DNA of 63,990 bases, filler included, from Blastocystis sp. subtype 4 (lineage: Eukaryota): NCBI RefSeq assembly GCF_000743755.1. It is 3 parts of 3 records of this genome, joined end to end, with 100 filler letters (N's around TTAATTAATTAA, not from the genome) between each part and the next. Parts side by side here need not be neighbours in the genome. Positions count along the whole stretch, not along the records: positions 52,148 to 63,990 come from NW_014569246.1; 2 more parts are not named here. The stretch is one strand, 5' to 3'. The notes beneath the pieces were generated by a model. The model saw only the letters and a list, made by a program, of their open reading frames with translations. It did not search any database and had not been told where the DNA came from. The position numbers and the translations under genes are program-made. Shown here one piece after another: positions 52,485-63,990 of this stretch (positions within the stretch are counted from its first letter, which is position 1; every line of letters starts with the position of its first letter).

Positions 52485-55400
52485 ATGTTTGAAAGCATCG
52501 TTTGTTCAACACTTTCCAAATGTTTAAATACCTATATTGATACTGTTCAGGAAAGAGACGTTTCCCTTTCGTTATGGAATGGGGAACTATATCTTTCGAA
52601 CATAGTAATTATTTGAAATAAAATGTTGATGAATAGAAGGTGAAGACTGAAAAGTTGGTGTCATTGGGACTTCCTGTTTTTGTTAAGAGTGTATCGATTG
52701 TCTCCATTTATCTTAGTGTATACGTTATCACTTTTCTTTAAAACTAGATTCCATGGTCCCATCTCCGCACTGCACCAATGAAGCTTATAATAGATGGAAT
52801 TGATATTTTAGTATCTGATGATGAGATACTTAAACATAATGGACCATTCGCTCCTAAGGATCAACCTATGCAAACGTTGCAAGTTTCTCCATCTACAGAA
52901 TCTTCAAATGTCAGTGACACCGTTTTGGAAGAATCTGATGACGATTCATTGGTGAAGCTTATCTCGCTAGTTGCAAATAATTGTAGTATTACTATTAAGA
53001 ATCTACATTTGCGCTATGAACATTCGTAGGTATTGTGTTTTGAATGCATTTAAGGCCAACTCATTTTCCAGCCTCTTTAAATACAATTGACATTAATCTC
53101 AAAAGAGCTGGAATTGATCTGGTTGATTCCACTGAACACCGAATATCATGTGATGTGAAAAGTGCTATTTACAAATCAGTTTTTCTCTCTGGATTGGAGA
53201 TATCACTCTTATCTTCAGATTGTATGATTCCCTTGTTAAAGGATATCAACATAACTGGAGAATTTGCAATTGACTTACGTTCCACTGAAGATCGTTGGCC
53301 TGAGTGTGAAGTAATCGTTGAGAGAATTATGAACGAGGTGGATTTTGAGGATCGTGAATCCTTGGGAAAATACATTCGAGATGATTATACTAATTTAGTG
53401 GACAACATCGTTCAATATCAAACGATTGATACATTCTCCTCATATCTGAATGAACATGCTCCAAAAACTCTTTCTTCTCATACTCGTACTGTCTGTGGTC
53501 AATTACTCTTTGATCTCTTAAAGGTTCCTCCTCCTATCTTGTCAGTCAATATTATGGTTCATATTCTCTCCATGCAGCTGGACAGCCAACATCTTCTGTA
53601 TCTGTCGGATGTGCTTGCATCGTTCCCAGATCATTTGAAACTTGACGACACAATTTCTGTTGGATCACAAAAACCTAATGCTGATCGTGTCGAATCTGAA
53701 AGTGATGAAAAGGATTCTAATCACTCTGATAATACTCAGGTCTCAGCATCTTCCCCTTATCCTTCGTTATTGACTAGTTTTCTTGTTTATCACATTTTTT
53801 CTAGTTATCCAGTGTTCATAATCACTGTTCTTATGTTAATCCTGTTCCCATTCTGGTTGTATTCAGCATTCTTACAAGCTGTTGGTGGTCTTCTGTGTAT
53901 TGGAAGTAGTTTACTGTATCTGAATCGTTGGGTTATCGATCAACATGAAGCAAAATCGCGGAGAAAGGATTGTCAGAGAGATCATCGTTCCTCCATGGTC
54001 CAACTTCATCTTGAAACCGAAGAAGTTGTTCTTGAATTAACATCCACTGAGTTTAACACTACAGAATCGATTGTTTCGAATGTGCTCGCTCTCCATATTA
54101 ACGCACTTGAAGGTGATATTCACATGGATAAACGGGAACTCTCCGTAGGCGTACAGGTGAAAGCTGTAGCCCTTGAGGATTTGATGATAACTCCATCTTC
54201 ATATCTTCTTGGCTCTTCTTCTGAAAACACCTGGGAAGTGATGAAACAAAGATCTTCTCCCTTCTTGTCGGTTCAGTACGTCACATACTCCCCTTCAGTT
54301 GAAGAGGAGAATCCATCTTCTCAATCAATTCGGGTCAAACTAGATCCAACAACAGGTATGGTTTGGAATTGGGAGTGATTTATAGTCAACTATCATCAGT
54401 CAACACTTATTGCTTGCTACAAGATACTCTCATTGATTCCTTCATCATCCACTCCTTCATCACCCACTCCTCTTGATGCGAAACAGTCAAATCTGGATAT
54501 TGAAGTATCTGCAGCCTCGTTACTCTTTGTTGAACAGACTGATGATGGAGTGGCGACTGCCTCTCTCGATATGTCTCAGTTAAGAGTTCGCTACCAGAAA
54601 GATGAAAAGACACACTTTAAAGTTGCTGGAATGAATGTTCGAGTATTGAACTCTACTTCACAGCCTATTCTTCAGTCTCCAACTCTTGACCTACACATGA
54701 TCTTCTCTTCAGACTCTGCTACAGTACTTCACCTCACTGTCCCTGATATCCATGGATTGTTTCAGTATCCTTTCATCATGTCTGTCTATCATACAATTAC
54801 GCAAGGAGAGTTTTTGATGTCTTTTTATGGAGAGGAATCGGATGAATCTGAAATTGCCACTGATTACTCACAGTGTCTTATTCTCGATATTCATTGTCCT
54901 TCTCCTCGATTAACTCTTCATTTATCTGATTCAGATGGAATCATACTGACAAGTCATGAGGTGAGTGTCTGTTCTGGAGATCGATGTGTTCTCTTCAATA
55001 GTATTGTAGTAACTGCTGATACCCTTGTTATCACAGACTCCGTTCCTGTTCTGGCTCTGTCAAAACTACAGTATTGTATGCGTTACTCAGACACAATGAC
55101 ACGAATGAGTATAGATGCTGATCCAGTCTCAGTAGTTCTTGCTCCTTATTCACTTCCTCGTATTATTCAGGCTTTTTCAAATGGTTTTATTGACTCATCA
55201 CAATCATTGGATACAAATGAAATGAATAGTGATAATGAGATCATTCTTACTGAAGTATTTGACAGTGAAACAGATGACATATTCACATTTACAAAAGATC
55301 CTTCCTTTGCATTTGATATCTCTCTTCAATCTGTTTCCCTCTTGCTTGTAATTCATCCAGATGACTCATATGATGAGATGAGTGCATTATATGAGGCTAT

Positions 55401-58400
55401 GACGCATAATTCGATTCTGGAGATGCAGCTACATAAAACAGTTGTTAACTATAAGTCTTCTCCTTGTGATATGGAATTGGGTCTGAATATTCATTCGTTA
55501 TCTCTCATTGATCATGATAGGTCGAGTTTATGTCCAGTAGATCGTCGTCAGTTCATTGTGATTGGATCAGATTCGGATCCAATGATACAAGGAAAGATTC
55601 TTCTTGTTGACAATTCTTCAAAACTCTTCTGTGAAGTGAATGTGGGTACTTCACAAATTCAAATCACACCTTTCCTTTTATCTCTTCCTTCACTTCTTAT
55701 TCACTATCTTCCTGAATCCAATTCTTCATCACAATCAGCTGAAATCACTACTTCAGATGGTACTGTATCTGATATGCGAGTTGGCATCTCTTCATCTGCT
55801 TCTATTCCACAATCATCATCTCAACAAAGTAGTCTTAAATCTGCTGAGAGTGGTGTATTTGGATGTATATAAATCTATCTTCCTTCATCTCTAGATCATC
55901 TTATCAAAGCATCATTTTCGCTTCATTCTGTTCATCTTTTCCTCTTCTCTCTCGATGAGAAGAACTCAAAAACTCTTGATCTCTCCTTTGGTGCATCTGC
56001 AGAAGCTCATACAGCAAATAATACTCTCATGGCGTCAATCCAGCTCAGTGATCTCTCTGTGAAGAAGGTGAATGAACCTGACCTGTTTTCAACACTTCTA
56101 CTTCCTCTCTCTCTCTCGTTAGTTGCTGAAATGGAGAATCGATTTAACGAACTATCTCTGACACTCACAGGAACTCCTTTGACTATGGTTATTGGAAGTG
56201 TTGACATAGCATTCATGGCATCTCTCTATGAGAGTTTAGTCGGTCAGGCTTCTTCTGAAACTGACGTGTCTCCTACCACACAATCAGAAGAAGAGTCTCC
56301 ACTCTCCCTTCTTGGTGTTCATTTGCAGTTGAAGACTGTCGTTCCACTTATTCGACTCGTTCTTGTTTCCAATAGTTATCAATCGCTCATTCCTGTTGCT
56401 ACTGTTGAGCTACAGAGTATTGCTTTGTCCGTTCAATCTCTGAACCAGTCAGTTACCATGATCAGTCGTGTAACGTTGTGTGGTCAAGTTTTCAAGAAGG
56501 ATACTGGCAAGTGGGAGATGGCAATTGAGCCATGGCAGTTGAATGGTCGTTTTGATCAGAGTATACAGAAGTTAGGAGTTCGAATTGATACTACAGGGCT
56601 ATTGAATTTGAATGTGACTAGTTCGATCTTAGCTACCATGAATAGTTATTACATGGAAGTTAACCAAGCTTTAGAATTACGTCATACGAGTTTGTTATCA
56701 TTATATGAAGTAGCTCCACGACAGAAAGAGATTGTCTCTACTTACGCATCAGATAAGAGCGTTTGTAATCACAACTACGTGTGTTTTGTAAATCATGCTG
56801 GATCTCTTGTTTATGTTGATATTTCTGATGGACATGAGGCAACTCTTACTCGTACCCAGACTTCCTTTGTAGTAACAGATGGACAGGCAATATATTCAAC
56901 GATTCTATCATATCCATCCTTCCAGCAATACCTTCAAAGTGATATTATTGAGGACAGTTATAAGGAGGTGACTATTCATTGTGATGGATACTCTTCAGCT
57001 TCTTTTCCCTTATATTCAGATTGTGAAGTCTGTCTCTGGCCTCTTTCTTCTGTGAATCAAACGAATATCCTTGTGGCTCGTAGTCAAGTGTCCTTTGGAC
57101 GGAAGGAGATTCTTATCAGTGGGCGGATTTCAGTCGAGAATTGCTCGGGGTTGGATCTATTCTATGGATTTGATACACAAGCAACATACACTGAACGTGG
57201 TTTCACTAGACCTCTCGAACGTTTCTCTGTTGATTGTAAAGTGTATGCTCCTTCGACTTGTTGTCGCAATGGTGTTCTCTCTCTTTCTCTTGGTGCTTCG
57301 TTCTCAATTTATGAGCAGAATGCTGTTGCTAAGATTCCTGTGAGTACGCTGGAACAAACAGCACGAGATTCATTCACTGTATCCTTAGGAAGAAACCAAC
57401 AATGTATCAGAGTCCATGTGAATAGGGAGACCGTTGGAATGTCAGAAGGATCCAAAGCAACGATTCTCCAAGTACTCCTTCTTCCATGTCTCGTTATTCA
57501 AAACCAACTTCCTTCAGCTATTACGATCACCCTTTCAGATGTGACTGATACAAGAGGTCCATACAATCTTCTTTCATCATCCATAGACTTTGAAGAGACC
57601 GTAATCCAGCAGGGAGACACATATAATGTCTATTCTATCCCTGTTGATCTCGGCAGTTGTATTCTCTCTGCATCTCTTTCTGAAGATGAACTGCATCCAT
57701 GTACAGAAGCAGTAAGTTTCACTGATTTAAATCATTTATAGTTACATCTGGGAGTCCAAGGACTTCTTCACTTTAGCAATGCGATTGTGCGATATGAAGT
57801 ATTCCGTAGAAGTGACAGTGTTATTGTGTTACAATTGTTCAGTGATTACTGGATTATGAATAAGCTTGAAGATGGTATTATGTAGTGATTATGATCATTG
57901 TTCATTATAGAATTACTGAGAATCCATCTGATGAAACGTGTTTGTATTATGCTGAGCCACATCCTTTGTACTTTATGGCTGATAAATCAGCCATTCCTCA
58001 TCCTACTCCTTTTCTTCCTCTTCTTTTCTCATTTACTTCTCCTCGACTAAAGGACGGAAAACGCAGTCGAAGTGTCGTGATGAAGATTCCTGGTTATGAT
58101 TGGTCGTCTCCATTCTCTATCGATACTGTCAATGTTGATGGATCTGTTGAGGTAGGAAAGGAATTGGAGTATTATGTAGATGGTCTCTGTTTCTAATGAA
58201 AGCAAATGTGTGCTGTCTGTGAGTATTCATTATGCTCCTGGAGAATATGGAATGACAAAAATAATCACGATTTCTCCAATGTATATACTCGTTAATAATA
58301 CTTCTTCTGTCTTTAGTGTTGTCATGAATCCATTCACTTATGTCTAGGTACGCCAAACAGGATGTATGGAGATTTATGATCTTAACCCATCTGAGCCGAA

Positions 58401-61193
58401 GGGATGGCATTGGTCTGATGCCAACAAGAAACCTCTAATTCAGTTCCAACAAGTGGATATCAACTCATTATGGACTGACAGTGTGACTCTTTCTCTAGGA
58501 GAACAGATGGTGGCGATTCGAACATTTGAAGAAGAAACTCTGTCTGTTGATAAGGAGTGTGTTCTTCGGATATTCTCAGTGATGCAGAATCATCAAACCA
58601 TTATTACATTAGAATACGCTGTATTCATGAGAATAGATCATTACTATTAGGATCCTTTCAATAAAAGACTCTTCCTCTATCGGCAACAGGGTACAGTCAC
58701 TCCTGAAGCTATCAAGAACATGCTTCTGAACCGGCCTGTATCTCTTCCTCCTGATTCTCTTCACCAAACTCTCACAACCCGATTCACCAAAGTATTCAGT
58801 CGATTCTCCAGACGTAAACGTCGTATACTGGCAATCGAGTCTGATGAATCAGATTCAGAGCCAAGTGATGTGGATCCTGTGACACTGAGTGTGAGTGTTT
58901 CGATTACGGGGATGGGTGTCAGCATCATCAATGATAGTCCTGAAGAAGTCCTTTTTATTGTCATCAAGGGACTTGACGGATTCTTCTCCATGTTTGCATC
59001 GAAGAAGATCACATCAGAGTTCTCGCTTGGTCGGATCCAAATTGATAACTGTCTCTCAGATACACGATATCCTGTGTTGTTGGGTTCACCTATTCACAGC
59101 CCATTGTATGGAAGAGAAGATGACTCAAATCGTAACAGTCAATTGATTGATGCTTTGGTAAATATGAGACGCAATGAAAACGAGAATCCAAATGAATCTA
59201 ATCGAGTCCTTCATTGCGTGGTTCGTATTCCTTATCATCCATCAGTTGTCTTTATTGAGAAGTTTGATTTGGAAGTTCAGGTAGTGAATGATACTAGGAT
59301 TAATACTAGGAATTGGATATTGCAATTGAATCAAAGACGATTTATGCTATTCTCGATCTCTTGAAAGCCATTCCTGATACTGAAGAGAAGATTATGACCA
59401 ATCGTCAAGCATCCAACTATGAACTTCTGAAGGAATATCAATTGTTTGAATCCTGAAATCTGAGTGATCTTTAGAGTGTTCCCAGTTCCTTCTCGCGAGG
59501 TCTCTCGTTTGTATTACTTCACTGAAGAGTTGTGTATCCATGCAATTCGAACCAAAGTCTCATTTCGTTCTACTGCTCAATATCCGATTACAGGAAACCT
59601 TCTAATGCATCATCTGATTCCCAAGTTTATCAAAGCAATTGTTGATGCAGCTGGGAATGTTGTGAGTAACATTGACAACGCCTCATTGAATCTGTCTTCG
59701 TTCGAAGCTAATTCGTTGTATATCTCAGTAGATGATATGATGAACAAACTAACGCAACATTACATCCTACAGACTCGAGTACGTCTTTATACGATCCTTG
59801 GGGCTGTTAATATCCTTGGCAATCCTGGTGAATTGCTAATGAACATTGGTCAAGGCTTACGTGCATTCATTGATGAACCTCTTAGTGGTCTGAAACAAGG
59901 ACCTGGAGAATTCATTGATGGTGTTGGCAAAGGAACAAAACAGCTTCTCTCTAACACCACCTTTGGTCTGCTGAATTCTGTAGAGAAGTTTACTGACACG
60001 TTGGTGACTGGAGTGGAAACTCTGACGATGAGCGAAGAATACAAAGCAGATAGAGCGGCGGGAAAGAAGGGTCTCATCCATGGAGTGCGTAGTGGAGTAA
60101 CTGGGTTCTTCAATGACATCAGGACTGGTAATCAAAACAGAGGCGTTACAGGAGCCTTAGGAGGGGTTGGAAAAGGAGTTGTAGGCATTATCACAAAGCC
60201 AATTGGTGGCCTGTTGGATGACACATCGTCTCTGGTAGGGAAGATGAAAGATATTGCCAAAATCGAAGCCACTCCAGTTCGATATCGTGCTCCTCGTTGT
60301 CTACGATTAGATTCGTCTCTTCAACCTTATGATGGTTATCTTGCTAATGGTCAGCAGTTTATTCCTGAGCTTTATCGACGTAATTATATTGGTATTGAGG
60401 AGCAATATGTTGTTCATGCATCTGTGAGTGCTGGATCCTTGATTCTCTTCTTTACAACCGAACGTATGGTCATAATTGATCCTCATGCAAAAAGTGTCAC
60501 ATGGTCAGAACTGTATACCTTGATTGAAACGATGGGTTCACAATCTCACTTCCTCTTCATGCGAGGATCAGATGAGAATGGATATGGAAGGAAGAATAAA
60601 ACAGATATTCCTATTCAGTGTAGTTTCAACACATGTACGCTAATGTTTGTGATTGAAGACTTCTTAAAGCAGGCTCGACATGGACTATCCCTTAAAGAGA
60701 TCAGCATGTTCCGAGACCATGTATGTGTTTGTTCAGAACGTATCTATGAAGGAGGTGATGTTATGTAGACTATCCAATTCGAAGTGATTTGGTACTGTAT
60801 CCAGAATTGATCTGTGAAAATGATGAATGGTTGTGATATATAGGGTCTCAACCAAGTCCAATTCCTATTGAAGAAGTCTCAATGATGAATGAACAAATGA
60901 GTATGGATATGCTTAGTGTGAGTGAGACACCTATCCAGTGGAAGGTGAGTGGATGTGGTTATTCATGGATTGTGACAATGACTATTCTCGATATCCATTA
61001 TTTGTATGATTCTCTATTCTCCAATCAGTATCGATTGAACAATGTGGAACCTTCAATTCCGGCTGATGCTGATGATCTTGCTGTTCTGAGGGAGATCAAA
61101 GATTTATTGGCTCGGAATCATTCTCTTCTTGTAACTCTACCCGTAGAACGTGTCTTCAAACAGAACTATCGTGCATTCCAATATAGTAAGTGA
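52485..61193 (+). CDS. VPS13: VPS13-family bridge-like lipid transfer protein (multi-exon)
   Basis: Chorein-N MFESIV..L...LNTYI...SLSLWNGELYL, IPWSHLRTAP, WEMAIEPW, WSSPFSID, IQIDN and C-terminal ILGNPGEL..GL..F..EP..G...GVGKG. Confidence 0.88.
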
Positions 61194-61228
61194 TATGTTT
61201 GAGAAAACAACCAAAACCAATAAACAAA

Positions 61229-61966
61229 CTAATCAGAATCGCTGGAACTGTAACTAGAGGCAAATCTCCGAGGAACAATCTCTGGCTTTGGATTCAATTG
61301 ACTCACTTGTGAATGTAGCCAATGGGGTCGGTCCGACTGCAACTGTGGACCTGAGCCTGTAGAAGAGTCACTGTCCGTACCAACGGAAGACGAACGGTGA
61401 TGCGAAACAGTTCTCCTATCAGTCAAGGGATGAGGACAATTCTCCTGTCTCTACTCGTCAGAACAAGTCATAACTCTCACCCGCTGACTATGTTCTTGCC
61501 GCATCTTTTCTGCCTGATGACGGAAATGCTCTCCAGAATCAAAGCGATGAATACTCCCAGACTGTAACCGTTTTTGCAATAAAGAAGAACGACCTCTAAT
61601 GTTTCCATATCCTCGTGGCCTAACTGCATTACTAGCGCTAGTTGGAAGTTGATCTGACTTGTCTAGCAATAAAATCATATACAATAACCCACCTGGACTA
61701 GCATTTCCAACTTGTATTGGATTTTCTTCATTCTGAGGAAATGAAACACATTCAACAAACCTACAGACTCTACTATAACATGAGCTATCCGTTCAATAAC
61801 CTCCACTTTCTCACGACTGTTCAAGGCAGTATATCCTATAATAAATAGAGGTATCTAGAAGTTTACCACTGAGCGGAATAGTATTCAGACTTGTTGGAGC
61901 ATCATCGACAAATACTTGTTCATGGATATCTTGAATTTCATTATCTTCCGTTGCCGATTCGCTCAT
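61229..61966 (-). CDS. Hypothetical low-complexity protein (multi-exon)
   Basis: First exon MSESATEDNEIQDIHEQVFV..., GT-AG introns link ORFs 61451-61684 and 61229-61426, and a TGTTTATT element sits next to the stop. Confidence 0.45.
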
Positions 61967-62159
61967 ATTCAATAGGAGCACAAGATATCAAATCAAAGCG
62001 CAAAAAATGCTACTGTTTTATGAATACAAAAGAACGATCTATTTCACTTCCTGAAAAAGAGGTTGATCGGTTCAGAAGGAATCGGTATTGGGAGCCCAAT
62101 TCTGTGACATCTTGTCCATTTCTCTCCTTAAAGTAATACAGCAGGAGTATTGACCTGGT

Positions 62160-63580
62160 ATGGGGAAATTAGGCAATGTGCTGAAGAGATTTGATATGAA
62201 TCCTTCAACCGAGGATTCCTTTAAAGTTCGCACGGCGTCAGGCGCTTTGAGTGTGATTTTGGAAATGACATCATTTGTAGTCTCTATAATTACTGTTGTC
62301 ATCATGGCATCTCTATTTTGGGGTGAATTGAAACTGTATATGACTTCTGTACTTATATACTCATCTTTTTGAATATCAGACTCGAACAGAAGATATGGTG
62401 ATTGATAAGGAGACAAAAGATCGCACTGTTATCAACATGTCCATAGACTTTGATAGGTTTGTTGTCCTTTATCTAGTATTATCTAGAATTCCATGTATGT
62501 TGATTGATGTCGGTTATCGGGATGCTCTTGGAAATGACCGAACTGATCTGGAAAGTGAGATTCGCAAAACCAATTTGGATGTAAATGGAAATCTGATTGG
62601 AGTTACAGACACGTCAACCGTATGGATGATTATTTGATTACATCTAGATCACGTATACAGCTCCTACTAAAGAAGAAGTTCTGCAACAGACGTCTCACGA
62701 TGATCAAGAGATCGTTGTCGTCAACGACAAGGAAGAGAAGTGCAACAGCTGTCTGGAAGCCTCAGAACCAGGTGTGTGTTGTAACACCTGTGAAGCACTA
62801 ATCTCTCAGTACCGAAAGAAGGGTTTAAGCATCAGGAATATCATGAACAGAGCCTCTGTAGTAGGTCCCAGAATCGAGGATGAATATGTAGTGTGCGGAC
62901 TTTGACTTTATGAAGCAGTGGGAAGGAGGTATTGAAAAGGGATGTCGCGTAGAAGGATATATTGCGATTAGCAAGGTTCAAGGTCACATGTACATTCTAC
63001 CTAGTCGGATCAATGAATTGGTCCCTCCTCAGAAGCTTCGTGAGGCTTCTTCTCGTATGAATGTCACTCATACAGTAAATCGTTTTTCTTTCGGTGATGA
63101 CATTCCTGTGAGTCAGCAATGAGGAAGGTAATGTGTAGGGACAAACATCTCCTTTTTATCAGCGTCGTGGTATTATGAATTCCGACACTCCTGCTATGTA
63201 CCAATACTTTGTGAATGCCATTCCTACTACCTATACAGATGCCAAGGGAAACATTACAAATACTTACCAGTAAATGAGCAGAAATCGTTATTACAGGTAG
63301 AGTTACAGAAACGCATCATCTTCGACCTCTTCAGGAGACTTCATCGTTGATCCCTGGAGTCTATTTTGTCTATGAATTCTCACCTCTACGAGCCGTAATC
63401 AAGGAAACACATCTTCCTTTCTTTGAATTGTGTACATCTCTTTGTGCCATTCTTGGAGGCGTCTTTACAATGATGGGTATGATTGATGGAATCATTTATT
63501 CGATGGCACGAAGGGCCGAGAGTCGAAGTCGCTCAGGAGAGTCTGAATTGACCCAGCGAATGATATCGAAGTCAGATTAA
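62160..63580 (+). CDS. ERGIC3: ER-Golgi intermediate compartment protein ERGIC3/Erv46 (multi-exon)
   Basis: LKRFD...VRTASGA, CNSCLEA...CCNTCE, GCRVEG, NVTHTVNRFSFG, PGVYFVYEFSP and LCAILGGVFT. Confidence 0.9.
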
Positions 63581-63686
63581 CTTGTGAACTATATTAGAGG
63601 TGGTTCTGTTTGTTTTGAAGTGATTCTTCAAACCGGTGTTTCGGTTTCATCACTTTGGTTCACTTGATTGAACATTCACGGAAAGG

Positions 63687-63990
63687 ATGAGAATAGAGAC
63701 GTGCTACTTCTGTTCTGGACCTATCTATCCTGGGCATGGGACTGTGTTTGTGAGAAATGATAGTAAAGTGAGAGTTCGTCGAAGAAAACTGATTGTTGCA
63801 GGTGTTCCGTTTTTGCAGATCTAAATGCCGAAAGAATTTCAATCTGCGACGTAATCCTAGAAAGGTTCGTTGGACTAAGGCTTTCCGACGCGCCAATGGA
63901 AAGGACATTCGTGTGGTATTTACTTGATTGGACTATGACGTATAGGACTCGACGTTTGAGTTTGAGAAGACGCGTAACCGTCCTGTGAAG
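63687..63990 (+). CDS. RSL24D1: Ribosome biogenesis protein RLP24 (5' partial)
   Basis: [49 protein letters not shown]..|[12 protein letters not shown]. Confidence 0.92.

Overview
Extremely compact, AT-rich eukaryotic (stramenopile) genomic DNA, most consistent with Blastocystis. The basis for this is ~30-nt GT-AG introns, intergenic gaps of tens of bases, and a TGTTTGTT/TGTTTGTG element at most gene 3' ends. I reconstructed about 30 protein-coding genes by hand-splicing: PIGW, FNTB, ORC6, MPP10, RAD51, CNOT1, an F-box protein, a CHD remodeler, CELF-like, CCDC47, TFC4, APH1, type II PI4K, ASNSD1, bHLH-PAS, ACSBG, a VPS9 GEF, RAD50, KRR1, an Fe-ADH fragment, VPS13, ERGIC3, RLP24 and several hypotheticals. 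There is also one tRNA-Arg(UCU) with an inverted, truncated duplicate, and two scaffold gaps carrying an artificial TTAATTAATTAA linker. Most notable points: (i) three genes whose stop codon appears to be completed by polyadenylation; (ii) a RAD50 with no CxxC zinc hook; (iii) a CHD remodeler with a phage-repressor-like HTH exon missed by the ORF track; (iv) a VPS13 with an apparent membrane hairpin; (v) a ~190-bp inverted duplication of the ORC6 3' end plus tRNA; (vi) a hidden ENY2/Sus1-like microgene; (vii) a SHI/LRP1-type zinc finger inserted in ASNSD1. All homology calls come from motif recognition; no searches were run.
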